Assembly (NCBI GenBank): GCA_937906385.1
Contig: CALCYQ010000001.1
Span: 81,632-145,631, forward strand
DNA: 64,000 bases
Reading direction: 5' to 3'
Origin: an uncultured Candidatus Saccharibacteria bacterium
GTDB taxonomy: Bacteria; Patescibacteriota; Saccharimonadia; Saccharimonadales; Saccharimonadaceae
Part shown: piece after piece, positions 33,003 through 43,179 of the stretch
How positions within the stretch are numbered: the stretch's first letter is position 1
Layout: every line of letters starts with the position of its first letter
The notes under the pieces: generated by a model
What the model saw: the letters and a program-made list of their open reading frames with translations, nothing else
Told to the model about the DNA's origin: nothing
Databases searched by the model: none
Program-made: the position numbers and the translations under genes

Positions 33003-35009
33003 CTACTTCTGCTTCTTGAATACTACCGCCGTGCGGCAAGGCAGATAGATTTCAAAGCCCAGTCCGCGCTTTTTGTCGTCTTGGGTGAAATATTCGTATT
33101 CTTCGCTAATTCGCCCCTGACCACCAAAATCTACTTCGTCAGTAGAGAAGATGGCTTTATATTTGCCTTCGCCAGTGATATGTGCTGGCAGCCAGAAATT
33201 CGTCTGCGATTGGCTTGGGTGGAAATTGAATGCGAAGAGTAGGCCGCTACGCTCGAACGCAATAATCTTCTTACGTTCATCGATCCAGAGATTTTCGGCA
33301 TCTTTTTGGCTGTCGAGCTTGTACTTTTTAGCGAGTTCAATCATGCCGTTGTCAAAATTATTCAGCCATTCATACTTCAAAAAGCCATTGTCGACCAGTG
33401 ACCACTGGCGGCGCGCGTAATGAAAATTCCAACCATTACCTTCGCGCGGGAAATCAATCCATTCTGGATGGCCAAATTCGTTGCCCATAAAATTCAGGTA
33501 GCCACCATAAGCCGTCGCTAGCGTAATAAACCGAATCATCTTGTGTAGCGCAATTGCGCGGTCGATGACGGGAGAGTGGAACGCTTTATCCATGCCAGTA
33601 TACATTTCGGCGTCGGCCAGCTGGAAAATAATCGTTTTGTCGCCCACTAGCGCTTGGTCGTGCGACTCGCTGTAACCAATGTTCTTTTCACCCGGACGGT
33701 GCGCCGTCAGCTCATACCACATCTTGCGCATGTCCCAGTTCTCGTCCTTGACCTTCAGCGTTTTAATCCAGAAATCCGGATCGCCCATCGCGAGGCGGTA
33801 ATCAAAGCCAATTCCGCCTTCGCTAACTGGCAGGCACATGCCTGGCATGCCACTCATTTCCTCGGCAATTGTGATGGCGTTTGGATTAATTCCATGAATT
33901 AGCTTGTTCGCGAGCATCAGGTAAGTGATAGCGTCGGTATTGGTTGTCACGTCAAAATACTGCTTGTAATTAGTGAAATCTACGCCCAGACCGTGATGGT
34001 GATAAATTATGCTCGTCACGCCATCGAAACGGAAGCCATCGAAGTGATATTCTTCCATCCAAAACTTTAGGTTCGACAGCAAGAAATGGATCACCTCGTG
34101 CTTGCCGTAATTAAATAGCTTCGTCCCCCAAGCTGGATGATTGCCGGCTTCGCCCGACATAAAGAACTGCGTGCGTGTGCCGTCAAACATATTGATGCCT
34201 TCGGAAGTGTTTGGCACGGCATGTGAATGCACGATGTCGAGCAAAACGCGTAGACCTGCTTTATGCGCCTTATTTACGAGATATTTCAAATCATCCGGTT
34301 CGCCGTACCAGCTCGATGCGGCAAAGAAATTCGATACTTGGTAGCCAAACGAGGCATAATATGGATGCTCTTGAATCGCCATCAACTGCACGGCGGTGTA
34401 GCCGTCTTTGACGATGCGCGGAATTACATTGTCGGCAAATTCGCGATAAGTGCCCACGCGACCTTCTTCTTGTGCCATGCCGACGTGCGCCTCATAAATC
34501 ATCAATTGTTCGGACTTTTTCGGCTTAAAATCTTTGTCGGTCCAACGGAAGGCTTTTTCTGGCGCCCAAATCTCGCCCACAAACCCACGCGTTTCTTTAT
34601 CTTGTACTACGCGCGTCATATAGAGCGGGATTCGGTCAAAGCTGCGCCCGTTGCGCGTCACTTGTACTTTAATCTTTTGCCCGTGCTTCAGCGCGTCACG
34701 GCCTTCAAGCTTGATCTCCCACGCGCCATTTTCGATGCGTATCATCGGATGGGAAGTGCGATTCCAGCCGTTAAAGTCGCCAATCAAATGCATCGCATCG
34801 GCGCCTGGCGCCCATTCGCGGTATACCCAGCCGGTCTTGGTACGCGAAAAGCCAAAAAACATGTAGCCGTTCGCAAAAGCTGACAAATCCGTCTTGTAAT
34901 CGAGCAGGGCAAAGCGCGTCTCGTTGAAATGCCACATTCGCAACATAATATCGTCCGCGTATTTTTCTAGCCAAGGATCCAGCTCGGTTATCTTGTATCG
35001 CATAAACAC
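33003..35009 (-). CDS. glgB: 1,4-alpha-glucan branching enzyme (GH13)
   Basis: GH13 conserved regions (VLLDIVHSH, GFRFDGVTS, IAEEMSG, YSESHD), N-terminal CBM48-like domain. Confidence 0.85.
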   Translation of the reverse strand: MFMRYKITELDPWLEKYADDIMLRMWHFNETRFALLDYKTDLSAFANGYMFFGFSRTKTGWVYREWAPGADAMHLIGDFNGWNRTSHPMIRIENGAWEIKLEGRDALKHGQKIKVQVTRNGRSFDRIPLYMTRVVQDKETRGFVGEIWAPEKAFRWTDKDFKPKKSEQLMIYEAHVGMAQEEGRVGTYREFADNVIPRIVKDGYTAVQLMAIQEHPYYASFGYQVSNFFAASSWYGEPDDLKYLVNKAHKAGLRVLLDIVHSHAVPNTSEGINMFDGTRTQFFMSGEAGNHPAWGTKLFNYGKHEVIHFLLSNLKFWMEEYHFDGFRFDGVTSIIYHHHGLGVDFTNYKQYFDVTTNTDAITYLMLANKLIHGINPNAITIAEEMSGMPGMCLPVSEGGIGFDYRLAMGDPDFWIKTLKVKDENWDMRKMWYELTAHRPGEKNIGYSESHDQALVGDKTIIFQLADAEMYTGMDKAFHSPVIDRAIALHKMIRFITLATAYGGYLNFMGNEFGHPEWIDFPREGNGWNFHYARRQWSLVDNGFLKYEWLNNFDNGMIELAKKYKLDSQKDAENLWIDERKKIIAFERSGLLFAFNFHPSQSQTNFWLPAHITGEGKYKAIFSTDEVDFGGQGRISEEYEYFTQDDKKRGLGFEIYLPCRTAVVFKKQK

Positions 35010-35051
35010 CCTAATTAAATCAACGTAGGTCGCTATCGGAAATACAGAAAA

Positions 35052-35140
35052 TGGCGGAAGGAGTGAGATTCGAACTCACGGTGGTTATTCGCCACGCCGG
35101 TTTTCAAGACCGGTGCCTTAAACCGCTCGGCCATCCTTCC
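35052..35140 (-). tRNA. tRNA-Ser (anticodon TGA), long variable arm, CCA encoded
   Basis: Reverse complement GGAAGGATGGCCGAGCGG...CCGGT-CTTGAAA-ACCGG...GAGTTCGAATCTC...CCTTCCGCCA. Confidence 0.9.
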
Positions 35141-35183
35141 ACTAGGGAAAATTATACCATAGAATGCTACAATATCTTTAGTT

Positions 35184-35621
35184 ATGAAGGTGAAAATTAT
35201 CAAGTTTTACGACGACGCAATCATTCCGCAATATCAGACCAAAGGTGCGGCGGGTTTTGACTTTTGCGCGCACATTTCTGAGCCAGTCACGCTGAAGCCG
35301 GGCGAAATTCAAGCTTTCGGCACTGGCGTGGGCGTGGAATTGCCGGCCGGTTACGAGTTGCAGATTCGCAGCCGCAGCGGCCTCGCATATAAGCACCATG
35401 TCTCATTACTTAACGGCATCGGCACGATTGATTCCGACTACCGCGGAGAGATGAGTGTTTTACTCAAAAATTCTGGCGACACAGATTTCGTGGTTGAGCC
35501 AGGCATGCGTATCGCGCAGGGTGTAGTCGCCAAATATACACACGTCGATTGGGAGGAAGTTTTAGAACTCACCGAGACCGACCGCTCTAAAGGCGGTTTT
35601 GGTTCTACTGGCCTCAAATAA
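35184..35621 (+). CDS. dut: dUTP diphosphatase
   Basis: Motifs GAAGFDF, RSRSGLA, GTIDSDYRGE, RIAQ, GGFGSTG. Confidence 0.9.
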   Translation: MKVKIIKFYDDAIIPQYQTKGAAGFDFCAHISEPVTLKPGEIQAFGTGVGVELPAGYELQIRSRSGLAYKHHVSLLNGIGTIDSDYRGEMSVLLKNSGDTDFVVEPGMRIAQGVVAKYTHVDWEEVLELTETDRSKGGFGSTGLK

Positions 35622-35687
35622 CCAGAAAATCCCCCTTTCGGGGGACCATCTTTCTATTATAGCACACTTTGGCTAAAAAGTCAATGA

Positions 35688-36389
35688 TTATTCCGCATTC
35701 GTGTGAACCGCGACGACGTCATCGAGATCATCAATTGCGTCGAGAATCTTTTCGACTTTCGCTGAAGTTTCTTCATCGGTCGGGACGGTATTGTTTGGCA
35801 CGTATTGCAACTCAGCCGAGTCGATTTCGATGCCAGCCTCAATTAATGCACCGCGTACTTTGGCGAGATTGCCAGCCACGGTATAAATCGTGGTGCCATC
35901 TTCTTCGTCAGCCACATCTTCGGCGCCAGCGTCAAGCGCGGCCATCATTAGCTCGTCGCCCTTTGCTTTCGTGAAAATCACGCCTTTACGCGTAAACTGG
36001 AACATCACCGAACCTGGATCAGCCATGCGACCACCGTTCTTTTCGAGCGTGTGGCGTACTTCTGGCATGGTGCGGTTCTTATTATCAGTCGCGACTTCAA
36101 TAATGATACCGACGCCACCTGGGCCGTAAGCTTCGTAGGTCTCTTCGATAAGGGCTGCGGCGCTTTTATCAGCTACGCGTGCAATTGCGCGCTCAATATT
36201 GGCCTTTGGCATGTTTGCCAGGCGTGCCTTCTCAAGTACCATCGCGAGGGAAGGGTTCATCGCGGGGTCGGTACCACTACGTGCCGCAATGGCAATTTGG
36301 TTCCCGATCTTTGTAAACAACGCACCGCGCTTCGCGTCTACGACGGCTTTCTGGCGCTTGGTGGTTGCCCATTTGCTGTGTCCGCTCAT
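35688..36389 (-). CDS. yebC: YebC/PmpR-family DNA-binding regulator
   Basis: MSGHSKWATTKRQKAVVDAKRGALFTK N-terminus and overall length. Confidence 0.9.
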   Translation of the reverse strand: MSGHSKWATTKRQKAVVDAKRGALFTKIGNQIAIAARSGTDPAMNPSLAMVLEKARLANMPKANIERAIARVADKSAAALIEETYEAYGPGGVGIIIEVATDNKNRTMPEVRHTLEKNGGRMADPGSVMFQFTRKGVIFTKAKGDELMMAALDAGAEDVADEEDGTTIYTVAGNLAKVRGALIEAGIEIDSAELQYVPNNTVPTDEETSAKVEKILDAIDDLDDVVAVHTNAE

Positions 36390-36548
36390 GATTGCTTCCT
36401 TGTAATTTAGTTAATTTATTATATCGTATCATTTTTTCCTCTATTTGACCACTACTAGCTAAAAAACATTGAAATTATGCTTTTAAGATGGCTTGGTTGA
36501 GAGTATTTTAAAATTCCAATTTAACAAAATTAAGGAGATCATCATCGC

Positions 36549-36914
36549 ATGCTATGCGTTAAAAAATTAAAATTCACACAAAAAGAGTTGCAAAAACTTA
36601 AAGAAGATTTTGACGGCTATTTATGGCTTGCGATTGATACTCACCGCAGCGCCATCGCCGCTGGCGACGAATATATGGCCGATTTGCGCGACATTTTGCT
36701 TTCTCGGCGCAGCCGCACCGAAGATATTGTGACCGCCGGTATCGATTTAAATACTGGCGAGCTCTACATCCCTTATGGCATTAATCGGCTCAATCCCGCC
36801 ATTCGTCACGGTGGCTTGTCCGACCAGATGGTGCACGATGTCGAAGATAAGATTCATTATTTCTTTGAAGATATTCCGGCCTATAAGGCACCGTCTGACC
36901 TTGCATATAACTAG
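36549..36914 (+). CDS. Hypothetical protein
   Basis: 121 aa, SD AAGGAGA upstream. No motif confidently recognised; possibly a CPR DUF. Confidence 0.4.
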   Translation: MLCVKKLKFTQKELQKLKEDFDGYLWLAIDTHRSAIAAGDEYMADLRDILLSRRSRTEDIVTAGIDLNTGELYIPYGINRLNPAIRHGGLSDQMVHDVEDKIHYFFEDIPAYKAPSDLAYN

Positions 36915-36965
36915 TTTTTCAGCGGTCAATCAGATATAATAAAGATATAACAAGGAGGTTCTTAA

Positions 36966-38024
36966 GTGGCTAAGAAAAGTCAGGAAGCGGTGGATCCAGC
37001 AGATAAAACCAAAAAAGCAAAAGGCACTGAACAAGATGATAGTAAAAAACAGGCGCTAAACTTAGCGCTCTCGCAGATTACGAAGCAATTCGGCGACGGC
37101 TCCATCATGAAACTTGGCGAACAGTCCAAGATTGATGTTGAGCTATTTTCGTCCGGCTCGTTGGCGCTCGATTTAGCGCTCGGCGGCGGCTATCCAAAGG
37201 GTCGCATTATCGAAATTTACGGCCCAGAATCATCTGGTAAAACTACGCTTGCTTTGCATGCAATTTCTGAGATTCAAAAGCAAGGCGGCCAAGCAGCCTT
37301 TATCGATGCCGAGCATGCACTCGATCCGGCCTACGCTCGCAAAATTGGCGTCGATACCGCCAATTTGTTGATTTCGCAGCCAGATAATGGCGAGCAGGCT
37401 CTCGAGATTTGCGAAACGCTCGTTCGTTCCGGCGCCGTTGACCTTATCGTGGTCGACTCCGTGGCCGCACTCGTGCCGCAAGCCGAAATCGACGGCGATA
37501 TGGGCGATGCGCAGATGGGTCTTCAGGCTCGCTTAATGTCTCAGGCTATGCGCAAACTCACCGGTGTCATTAGTAAGACCAAAGCTACTGTCATCTTCAT
37601 CAACCAGATTCGTATGAAGATTGGCGTCATGTTTGGCAACCCAGAAACTACCACCGGCGGCAACGCGCTTAAGTTCTATGCGTCCGTTCGCGTCGATATT
37701 CGTCGCATCGGTCAAATTAAAGACGGCGAGAATATTTCCGGCAACCGCACCAAGATTAAAGTAGTCAAGAACAAGATTGCCGCGCCATTCCGTACCGCCG
37801 AATTCGACATTATGTACAACGAAGGCATTTCCAGGACTGGCGACGTACTCGATCTTGGCGTTCAATATGGCATCGTTGAGAAATCTGGCGCCTTCTTCAA
37901 ATACAACGGTGAGACTATCGGCCAAGGCCGCGAAGCCGTCAAGCGTCTCTTCAAAGAGAAACCAGAATTAATGAACGAAATCGAAGTCAAGGTTCGCGAA
38001 GCCGCTAAAACCGACGAAGATTAA
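36966..38024 (+). CDS. recA: Recombinase RecA (GTG start)
   Basis: SD AAGGAGG 7 nt upstream. Walker [11 protein letters not shown]1/L2 loops, typical RecA core. Confidence 0.95.
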   Translation: MAKKSQEAVDPADKTKKAKGTEQDDSKKQALNLALSQITKQFGDGSIMKLGEQSKIDVELFSSGSLALDLALGGGYPKGRIIEIYGPESSGKTTLALHAISEIQKQGGQAAFIDAEHALDPAYARKIGVDTANLLISQPDNGEQALEICETLVRSGAVDLIVVDSVAALVPQAEIDGDMGDAQMGLQARLMSQAMRKLTGVISKTKATVIFINQIRMKIGVMFGNPETTTGGNALKFYASVRVDIRRIGQIKDGENISGNRTKIKVVKNKIAAPFRTAEFDIMYNEGISRTGDVLDLGVQYGIVEKSGAFFKYNGETIGQGREAVKRLFKEKPELMNEIEVKVREAAKTDED

Positions 38025-38752
38025 TGCTCGAAACGATTACGATTTTTGACGATGAACAGACTGCGCAGGGGCGGGCGCGGTCGCATCGCGTCACTGATAT
38101 TAAGCCGGCCGTCCGCGACCAAAATCGCGTCAATATTTATCTGGACGACAAGTTTTTTTGTTCGCTCGACATTTCGCAAGTTGTTGACTTGAAGCTAAAG
38201 ATCGGCAAAGAACTCACCGTCGACGAACGCACTGAGCTAAAGCGTGCCTCGGAATTTGGTAAGTTTTATCAGCGCGCGCTCGAATACGCCTTAATGCGTC
38301 CGCGTTCGCAAAAAGAAATTCGCGATTATTTGAATCGCAAGACGCTTAGTCGCAAAGTGTGCATCAAAAATCGCAAAACTGGCGAATATCAAACCCGCGA
38401 AAAACAAGGCTACGACAAATCACTCGTGCCGCTCGTGCTCGCACGCCTCGACGAGCGTGGCTATATCAATGATCGTCATTTCGCTGAGCTTTGGGTGGAA
38501 AATCGTAACGTTTCAAAGGGCACTAGTACCAAAAAACTCCGTAATGAATTGATGCAAAAAGGCATTTCTGCGCAGATTATCGACGAAGTGCTCGAGCAAG
38601 GTACGCGTAGCGACGCAGACGAACTGTGCAAAATCATCGCCCGCAAAGCCAACCGCTATCCGGACCAACAAAAACTCATTCAATATCTAGTGCGGCAAGG
38701 CTTTAATTATTCAGACGTCATCGACGCGCTGTCGTCGTCGGACGGATCATAA
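38024..38752 (+). CDS. recX: RecX regulatory protein
   Basis: Position directly after recA (ATG overlaps the TAA). Three-helix repeats with ..RALEYALMRPRSQKEIRDYL.. and ..ERGYINDRHFAELWVE... Confidence 0.75.
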   Translation: MLETITIFDDEQTAQGRARSHRVTDIKPAVRDQNRVNIYLDDKFFCSLDISQVVDLKLKIGKELTVDERTELKRASEFGKFYQRALEYALMRPRSQKEIRDYLNRKTLSRKVCIKNRKTGEYQTREKQGYDKSLVPLVLARLDERGYINDRHFAELWVENRNVSKGTSTKKLRNELMQKGISAQIIDEVLEQGTRSDADELCKIIARKANRYPDQQKLIQYLVRQGFNYSDVIDALSSSDGS

Positions 38753-39324
38753 GCCGGCTTGCGGAATGGATTTACGAAATCCGGCTTAAATTCCTCCTCT
38801 TCGGAGGCTTCTTTTTTCTTAACTTTAACTTCTTCGCTATCGTGTTTAATCGTGACTTTATAATCGTCAATTTCAATAATTTGCGAGCGATTAATCGTGA
38901 GTTGCGGATCATTAAACGAGGCGAACATCGGACGTTGCACGATCAGCTGGTAAACCATAAAGCTTTGGGAGTCGAAAGTATAATCAACGATTTTGCCGAT
39001 TTTTTTGCCATTTTGCGAGACAACCTTCAGGCCAATCAAATTGAAATTTAGTTTCATAACTTCGTCGAGGCGAATAATATCCTCGCGATTCACTAAGCGA
39101 TCAATCGAATCGATAATCAAGCCATTCGGACTTAATTCGCGCACGTCATCGGTTATCAAAATATCGCCAACTTCTGGGTCATTCAACATCGGTCCAGTTA
39201 GTGTGTAGGCAATTACGCGCAAATCCTCCGGGTCAATAATCGCCCGCTGCGTCATAGCGATTTGATCGCCTATATGTAGGCTCAAGATTGGGCTATTAAT
39301 CATTTTTGAGCCAATCACTAGCAT
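38707..39324 (-). CDS. Tandem PRC-barrel domain protein
   Basis: Two PRC-barrel-like segments (KMINSPILSLHIGDQIAMTQRAIIDPEDLRVIAYTL; LIGLKVVSQNGKKIGKIVDYTFDSQSFMVYQLIV). Start set at Met 39324 behind AAGGAG. Confidence 0.45.
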   Translation of the reverse strand: MLVIGSKMINSPILSLHIGDQIAMTQRAIIDPEDLRVIAYTLTGPMLNDPEVGDILITDDVRELSPNGLIIDSIDRLVNREDIIRLDEVMKLNFNLIGLKVVSQNGKKIGKIVDYTFDSQSFMVYQLIVQRPMFASFNDPQLTINRSQIIEIDDYKVTIKHDSEEVKVKKKEASEEEEFKPDFVNPFRKPAYDPSDDDSASMTSE

Positions 39325-39361
39325 TTTCTTTCCACTCCTTTTACTAGTATAATTGTACCAC

Positions 39362-40180
39362 ATGAAAAAGATCCTTGCGGTATCTGGCGGCATCGACTCT
39401 GTTGTGATGTTGCATATGTTCCGCGCCGACCAAGACGCGGTAGTTGCGCATTTTGATCACGGCATTCGGCCAAATTCGGCCGAGGATTGTCTTTTTGTGG
39501 CGCGTCTTGCGAAAGAATACGGGCTACCATTTTATAGCCAGCGCGCCGAGCTTGGCGCCGAGTGCTCTGAAGACACCGCTCGGGTGGCTCGCTACGCTTT
39601 TTTGCGTGATTTAGCGAAAAAACACGACGGCCAAATCTACACTGCCCATCATCGCGACGACGTTGTCGAGACGATGGCAATCAATATCCTCCGCGGCACC
39701 GGCTGGCGCGGTATCGCGCCATTTTGGGGGAAAGAAATCGCGCGGCCACTGATCGAAATGACTAAAGCGGATATTTGTCGCTATGCTACGGCACACGGCT
39801 TAAGTTTTCGCCAAGACCAAACCAACACCGAAGATGCCTATTTGCGCAACCGCGTTCGTCTCGCTTTAAGTCCGGCTGAACGGGAAGCGCTCTATGCGAT
39901 TTATCTCAAACAATTGCCGCTTCGCGACGAGATTGAGTTTATTCTTGGGCAGATTTCGCCAAGTAATCAATATTCGAAGGAACTCGTCGCTCAAGCCGGC
40001 ATTGAGATTTTGCGCCAAATTCTGCAAAACCATCAAATTTACCTGACGCGCCCGCAGCTCGACCGTGCGCTCGAGGCTATCCAGACTTTTACTCCCGGCA
40101 AACGTTTTTCGCTTGATAAAAATCATTTCCTAAATATCAAGCGTTATTACTTCCAAATTGAAGGCTCCGCCTCTGTTTAA
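39362..40180 (+). CDS. tilS: tRNA(Ile)-lysidine synthase
   Basis: PP-loop ILAVSGGIDSVVMLHM. About 270 aa short form. TATAAT 39348-39353 upstream. Confidence 0.8.
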   Translation: MKKILAVSGGIDSVVMLHMFRADQDAVVAHFDHGIRPNSAEDCLFVARLAKEYGLPFYSQRAELGAECSEDTARVARYAFLRDLAKKHDGQIYTAHHRDDVVETMAINILRGTGWRGIAPFWGKEIARPLIEMTKADICRYATAHGLSFRQDQTNTEDAYLRNRVRLALSPAEREALYAIYLKQLPLRDEIEFILGQISPSNQYSKELVAQAGIEILRQILQNHQIYLTRPQLDRALEAIQTFTPGKRFSLDKNHFLNIKRYYFQIEGSASV

Positions 40181-40218
40181 ATTGTCCAAACTTATCTGAT
40201 ATGCTAAAATAAAAGAGC

Positions 40219-41430
40219 ATGAAATTTCGCGAGACGAAAGATAATCTTCCGATCATTATTTTGGCTCTTACCATTATCTGTCTTGTTTTTGGTATCGTCT
40301 CGAAACAAACCGGCATTTTCGCGAGCGCGACTTCGAGCGACGGGGAAGGCGGCGCGGTCGTCTCATCTGAGCATTATATTACGATTTACGACGGCGATAA
40401 TAAAATCACCGTGCGTAGTAACGCTAATACTATTCGCGAGGCCCTCGAGCGCGCCGACGTCAAGGTCAGTGAGTCCGACACGGTCGAACCAGCGCTCGAT
40501 GAAACGATTAACGAAGAAAACTTCAATATCAACATTTACCGCGCACGCGAAGTGGTCGTACTTGATGGCCAAACCAAGAAATATATCAAAACCGCCGCGA
40601 CGGACCCTATTAAAGTTGCTGAAGCTGCCGGTGTCGAAATCCTTGAAGCCGATCTTGTTAAAGTCGAATCATTTAATAATTTGCTCGAAAGCGGCATGTC
40701 CGCCGCCTACCGCGTATATCATGCCAAAACTGTTAAATTGAATTTCTTTGGTAAAAATGTCGAGCTGCGCACCCAAGCCAAAACCGTGCGCGAGTTTTTG
40801 GCGGAGCGCGAAATAGATATGAATCCAGAAATCAACTGGATTTCCGTGCCAGAAAACACCAAAATTACCGACGGTATTGCGTTTAGTATTTTCCGCCAAG
40901 GCAAACAAACCGTCGTCGTTGACGAAGTTATTAAGTTTAATGAAAAAACGACTTACGATTTCTCGCTCGATTATGGCAAACGCGAAATTACCAAAGCTGG
41001 TCAAAACGGTTCGCGCACCGTTACTTATGAAATCGACATGAAAGATGGCAAAGAACTCTCGCGCAAAGTTATCTCTAGCATCGTCACTAAAGAACCGGTT
41101 ACGCAAGAAGTAAAAGTCGGCATGAATATTGACTTGCCGGCCGGCACGCACGAGGATTGGATGGCCGCCGTCGGCATTTCGCCGAGCGACTACGGCTACG
41201 TTAATTACATCATCACTCGCGAATCACATTGGAACCCGCTTTCGCGCAACGTTTCAAGCGGTGCCACCGGACTCTGTCAAGCACTCCCAGGTAGCAAGAT
41301 GGCCATCGCCGGCGCCGACTGGGAAACCAATCCGATTACGCAGTTGCGTTGGTGTAATGGCTACGCCGTTGGCCGTTATGGTAGCTGGCAAAAGGCTTAC
41401 GAATTCTGGATCAAGAACCATTGGTGGTAA
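40219..41430 (+). CDS. DUF348/G5-domain cell-wall hydrolase (RpfB/YabE-like architecture, lysozyme-like C-terminal domain)
   Basis: N-terminal TM helix, repeated DUF348-like units (..ITVRSNANTIREALERADVKV.., ..TQAKTVREFLAEREI..), G5-like segment (KAGQNGSRTVTYE), C-terminal YVNYIITRESHWNPLSRNVSSGATGLCQALPGSKM. Confidence 0.6.
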   Translation: MKFRETKDNLPIIILALTIICLVFGIVSKQTGIFASATSSDGEGGAVVSSEHYITIYDGDNKITVRSNANTIREALERADVKVSESDTVEPALDETINEENFNINIYRAREVVVLDGQTKKYIKTAATDPIKVAEAAGVEILEADLVKVESFNNLLESGMSAAYRVYHAKTVKLNFFGKNVELRTQAKTVREFLAEREIDMNPEINWISVPENTKITDGIAFSIFRQGKQTVVVDEVIKFNEKTTYDFSLDYGKREITKAGQNGSRTVTYEIDMKDGKELSRKVISSIVTKEPVTQEVKVGMNIDLPAGTHEDWMAAVGISPSDYGYVNYIITRESHWNPLSRNVSSGATGLCQALPGSKMAIAGADWETNPITQLRWCNGYAVGRYGSWQKAYEFWIKNHWW

Positions 41431-41433
41431 AAT

Positions 41434-42210
41434 ATGGCATTGCAGAACAGAAAATCTCTTGGTCAAAACTGGCTCAAAGATCGCGACACTCTCATCGATA
41501 TCGCCGACATGGCAAGCACGGGTGGTGTTTCGGAAGTGCTCGAAATCGGTCCAGGCCTTGGCACGCTCACCTCGGCGCTTTTTAAATTCTTTGATAAAGT
41601 CACTGCCGTTGAGCTCGACGACCGGCTCGCTGCGAACCTGCCAAAGTCTTTCCCGGGTAAAAATCTTGAAGTTATCCATGGCGATGTCCTCGACCTCGAC
41701 CTAGATTCGCTCGGTCTGCCCGAAAAATATGTCGTAGCGGGGAATATCCCATACTACATCACCTCGCCAATTATCCAAAAATTCCTTCACGCCGAGCATC
41801 GTCCAGAAAAAATCGTACTTCTCATGCAAAAAGAAGTTGCCGAGCGTCTTGCCGCCCAGCCTGGCGACTATTCTATTCTCGGTCTTTCGGCACAAATCTA
41901 TGCTAAGGTCACACTTGGTCAAGTTGTAAAGCGCGAATTTTTCACCCCGCCGCCAAAAGTCGACAGCCAAGTCGTCATGCTCGAGCCGCTTGGTGTGCCA
42001 CTTGCATCGGAATCCACCATGTCACTCGTCAAACTCGGCTTTATTGCACCTCGTAAAAAACTTCTTTCCAACCTTATGGTTGGCCTACAACTACCAAAAG
42101 AGGAAATTCGATCTTATTTCGCTACGCTCAATCTTTCCGAGAATGCGCGCCCAGCCGATTTGTCTATTGACAATTGGTGCGCCCTTGAAAAACTGATTCA
42201 TAAGCATTAA
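41434..42210 (+). CDS. rsmA: 16S rRNA (adenine1518/1519-N6)-dimethyltransferase
   Basis: KSLGQNWL, SAM motif LEIGPGLGTLT, GNIPYYITSPI. Confidence 0.9.
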   Translation: MALQNRKSLGQNWLKDRDTLIDIADMASTGGVSEVLEIGPGLGTLTSALFKFFDKVTAVELDDRLAANLPKSFPGKNLEVIHGDVLDLDLDSLGLPEKYVVAGNIPYYITSPIIQKFLHAEHRPEKIVLLMQKEVAERLAAQPGDYSILGLSAQIYAKVTLGQVVKREFFTPPPKVDSQVVMLEPLGVPLASESTMSLVKLGFIAPRKKLLSNLMVGLQLPKEEIRSYFATLNLSENARPADLSIDNWCALEKLIHKH

Positions 42211-42254
42211 AATAAGCTTAAGCTATATCGATATAATACAAGGGAGAATTTTTA

Positions 42255-43142
42255 ATGGACGGAACCGCACAACCTACGGGTTCGAATAAACCACAATTAG
42301 ATATGGATGCAATCAATGCAGCCGTAAATGCATCTGCGGGCAACGATCCGAATCTCCAGAATACTTTTGATGTGAACGACATCAGTCTCGACGACACTCC
42401 TACTACTGCCGCCGAGCTCGAGCAACAGATGAAGAAAAATCCAGAAATGAGCCTTGCCGGCTCCGTTATTGATAATTCCGTCTCCACTGAGGATGCCGTT
42501 AAAGCTCCGCAAGTTAAGCTTGCTGCCGATGTAGCTACTACCACCCCTCAAGACCCTTCAATTATCGCCGATAAGCCAGAAGATGAGCCTACTACTGCAA
42601 TTAACGACGAGGATGTGTCCGCGGCGGATACTCCCGCACCTGTGAGCGACGCCACTGCTCCAGCTGCTCCAGCCGAAGAGTCGAAGGCGGAAGCTTCCTT
42701 CGTTGGCGGTGATCTAGAAGATGAAAAATCTGCCGAAGATGACGCGGCCGAAGAGCCAAAGGAAGACACTACTACCTTGAACTATGCCGATCCAGTCGAC
42801 AATTTCGAAAAAGAAGATGCTGCTCCAGCCGAAGATAAGGAAAAAGCTCCTGCTGAAGAACCTACTTCTACTAATGAAGCTAATCCGGCCGAAGCACCAG
42901 CCGACGATTCCGCCGTTCCAACTCCTGCCGCTGCTCCAGAAGAACCAAAGAAAAAAGACAAGAAAAAATCTAAAGACGCCACGCCGAGCGACATGCCATC
43001 AAACGGTGTCTTGCCGAAAGAAAAAGTCAGCCCATTTGCAGAAGGTGGCCTGTTCCGCAGCAACGGCTTCATCGCCTTTGCGGTCATTCTTGGCGTTCTC
43101 GTTATTCTTGGCGTTGTGATTGCGATTGCGATTTTTAGCTAG
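42255..43142 (+). CDS. Acidic Ala/Pro/Glu-rich low-complexity protein with C-terminal TM anchor
   Basis: SD GGGAGA upstream. Disordered composition. Terminal helix FIAFAVILGVLVILGVVIAIAIF. Confidence 0.5.
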   Translation: MDGTAQPTGSNKPQLDMDAINAAVNASAGNDPNLQNTFDVNDISLDDTPTTAAELEQQMKKNPEMSLAGSVIDNSVSTEDAVKAPQVKLAADVATTTPQDPSIIADKPEDEPTTAINDEDVSAADTPAPVSDATAPAAPAEESKAEASFVGGDLEDEKSAEDDAAEEPKEDTTTLNYADPVDNFEKEDAAPAEDKEKAPAEEPTSTNEANPAEAPADDSAVPTPAAAPEEPKKKDKKKSKDATPSDMPSNGVLPKEKVSPFAEGGLFRSNGFIAFAVILGVLVILGVVIAIAIFS

Positions 43143-43179
43143 TTCGCCTTTATCTGTAAAAGATGTTAAAATATGATTC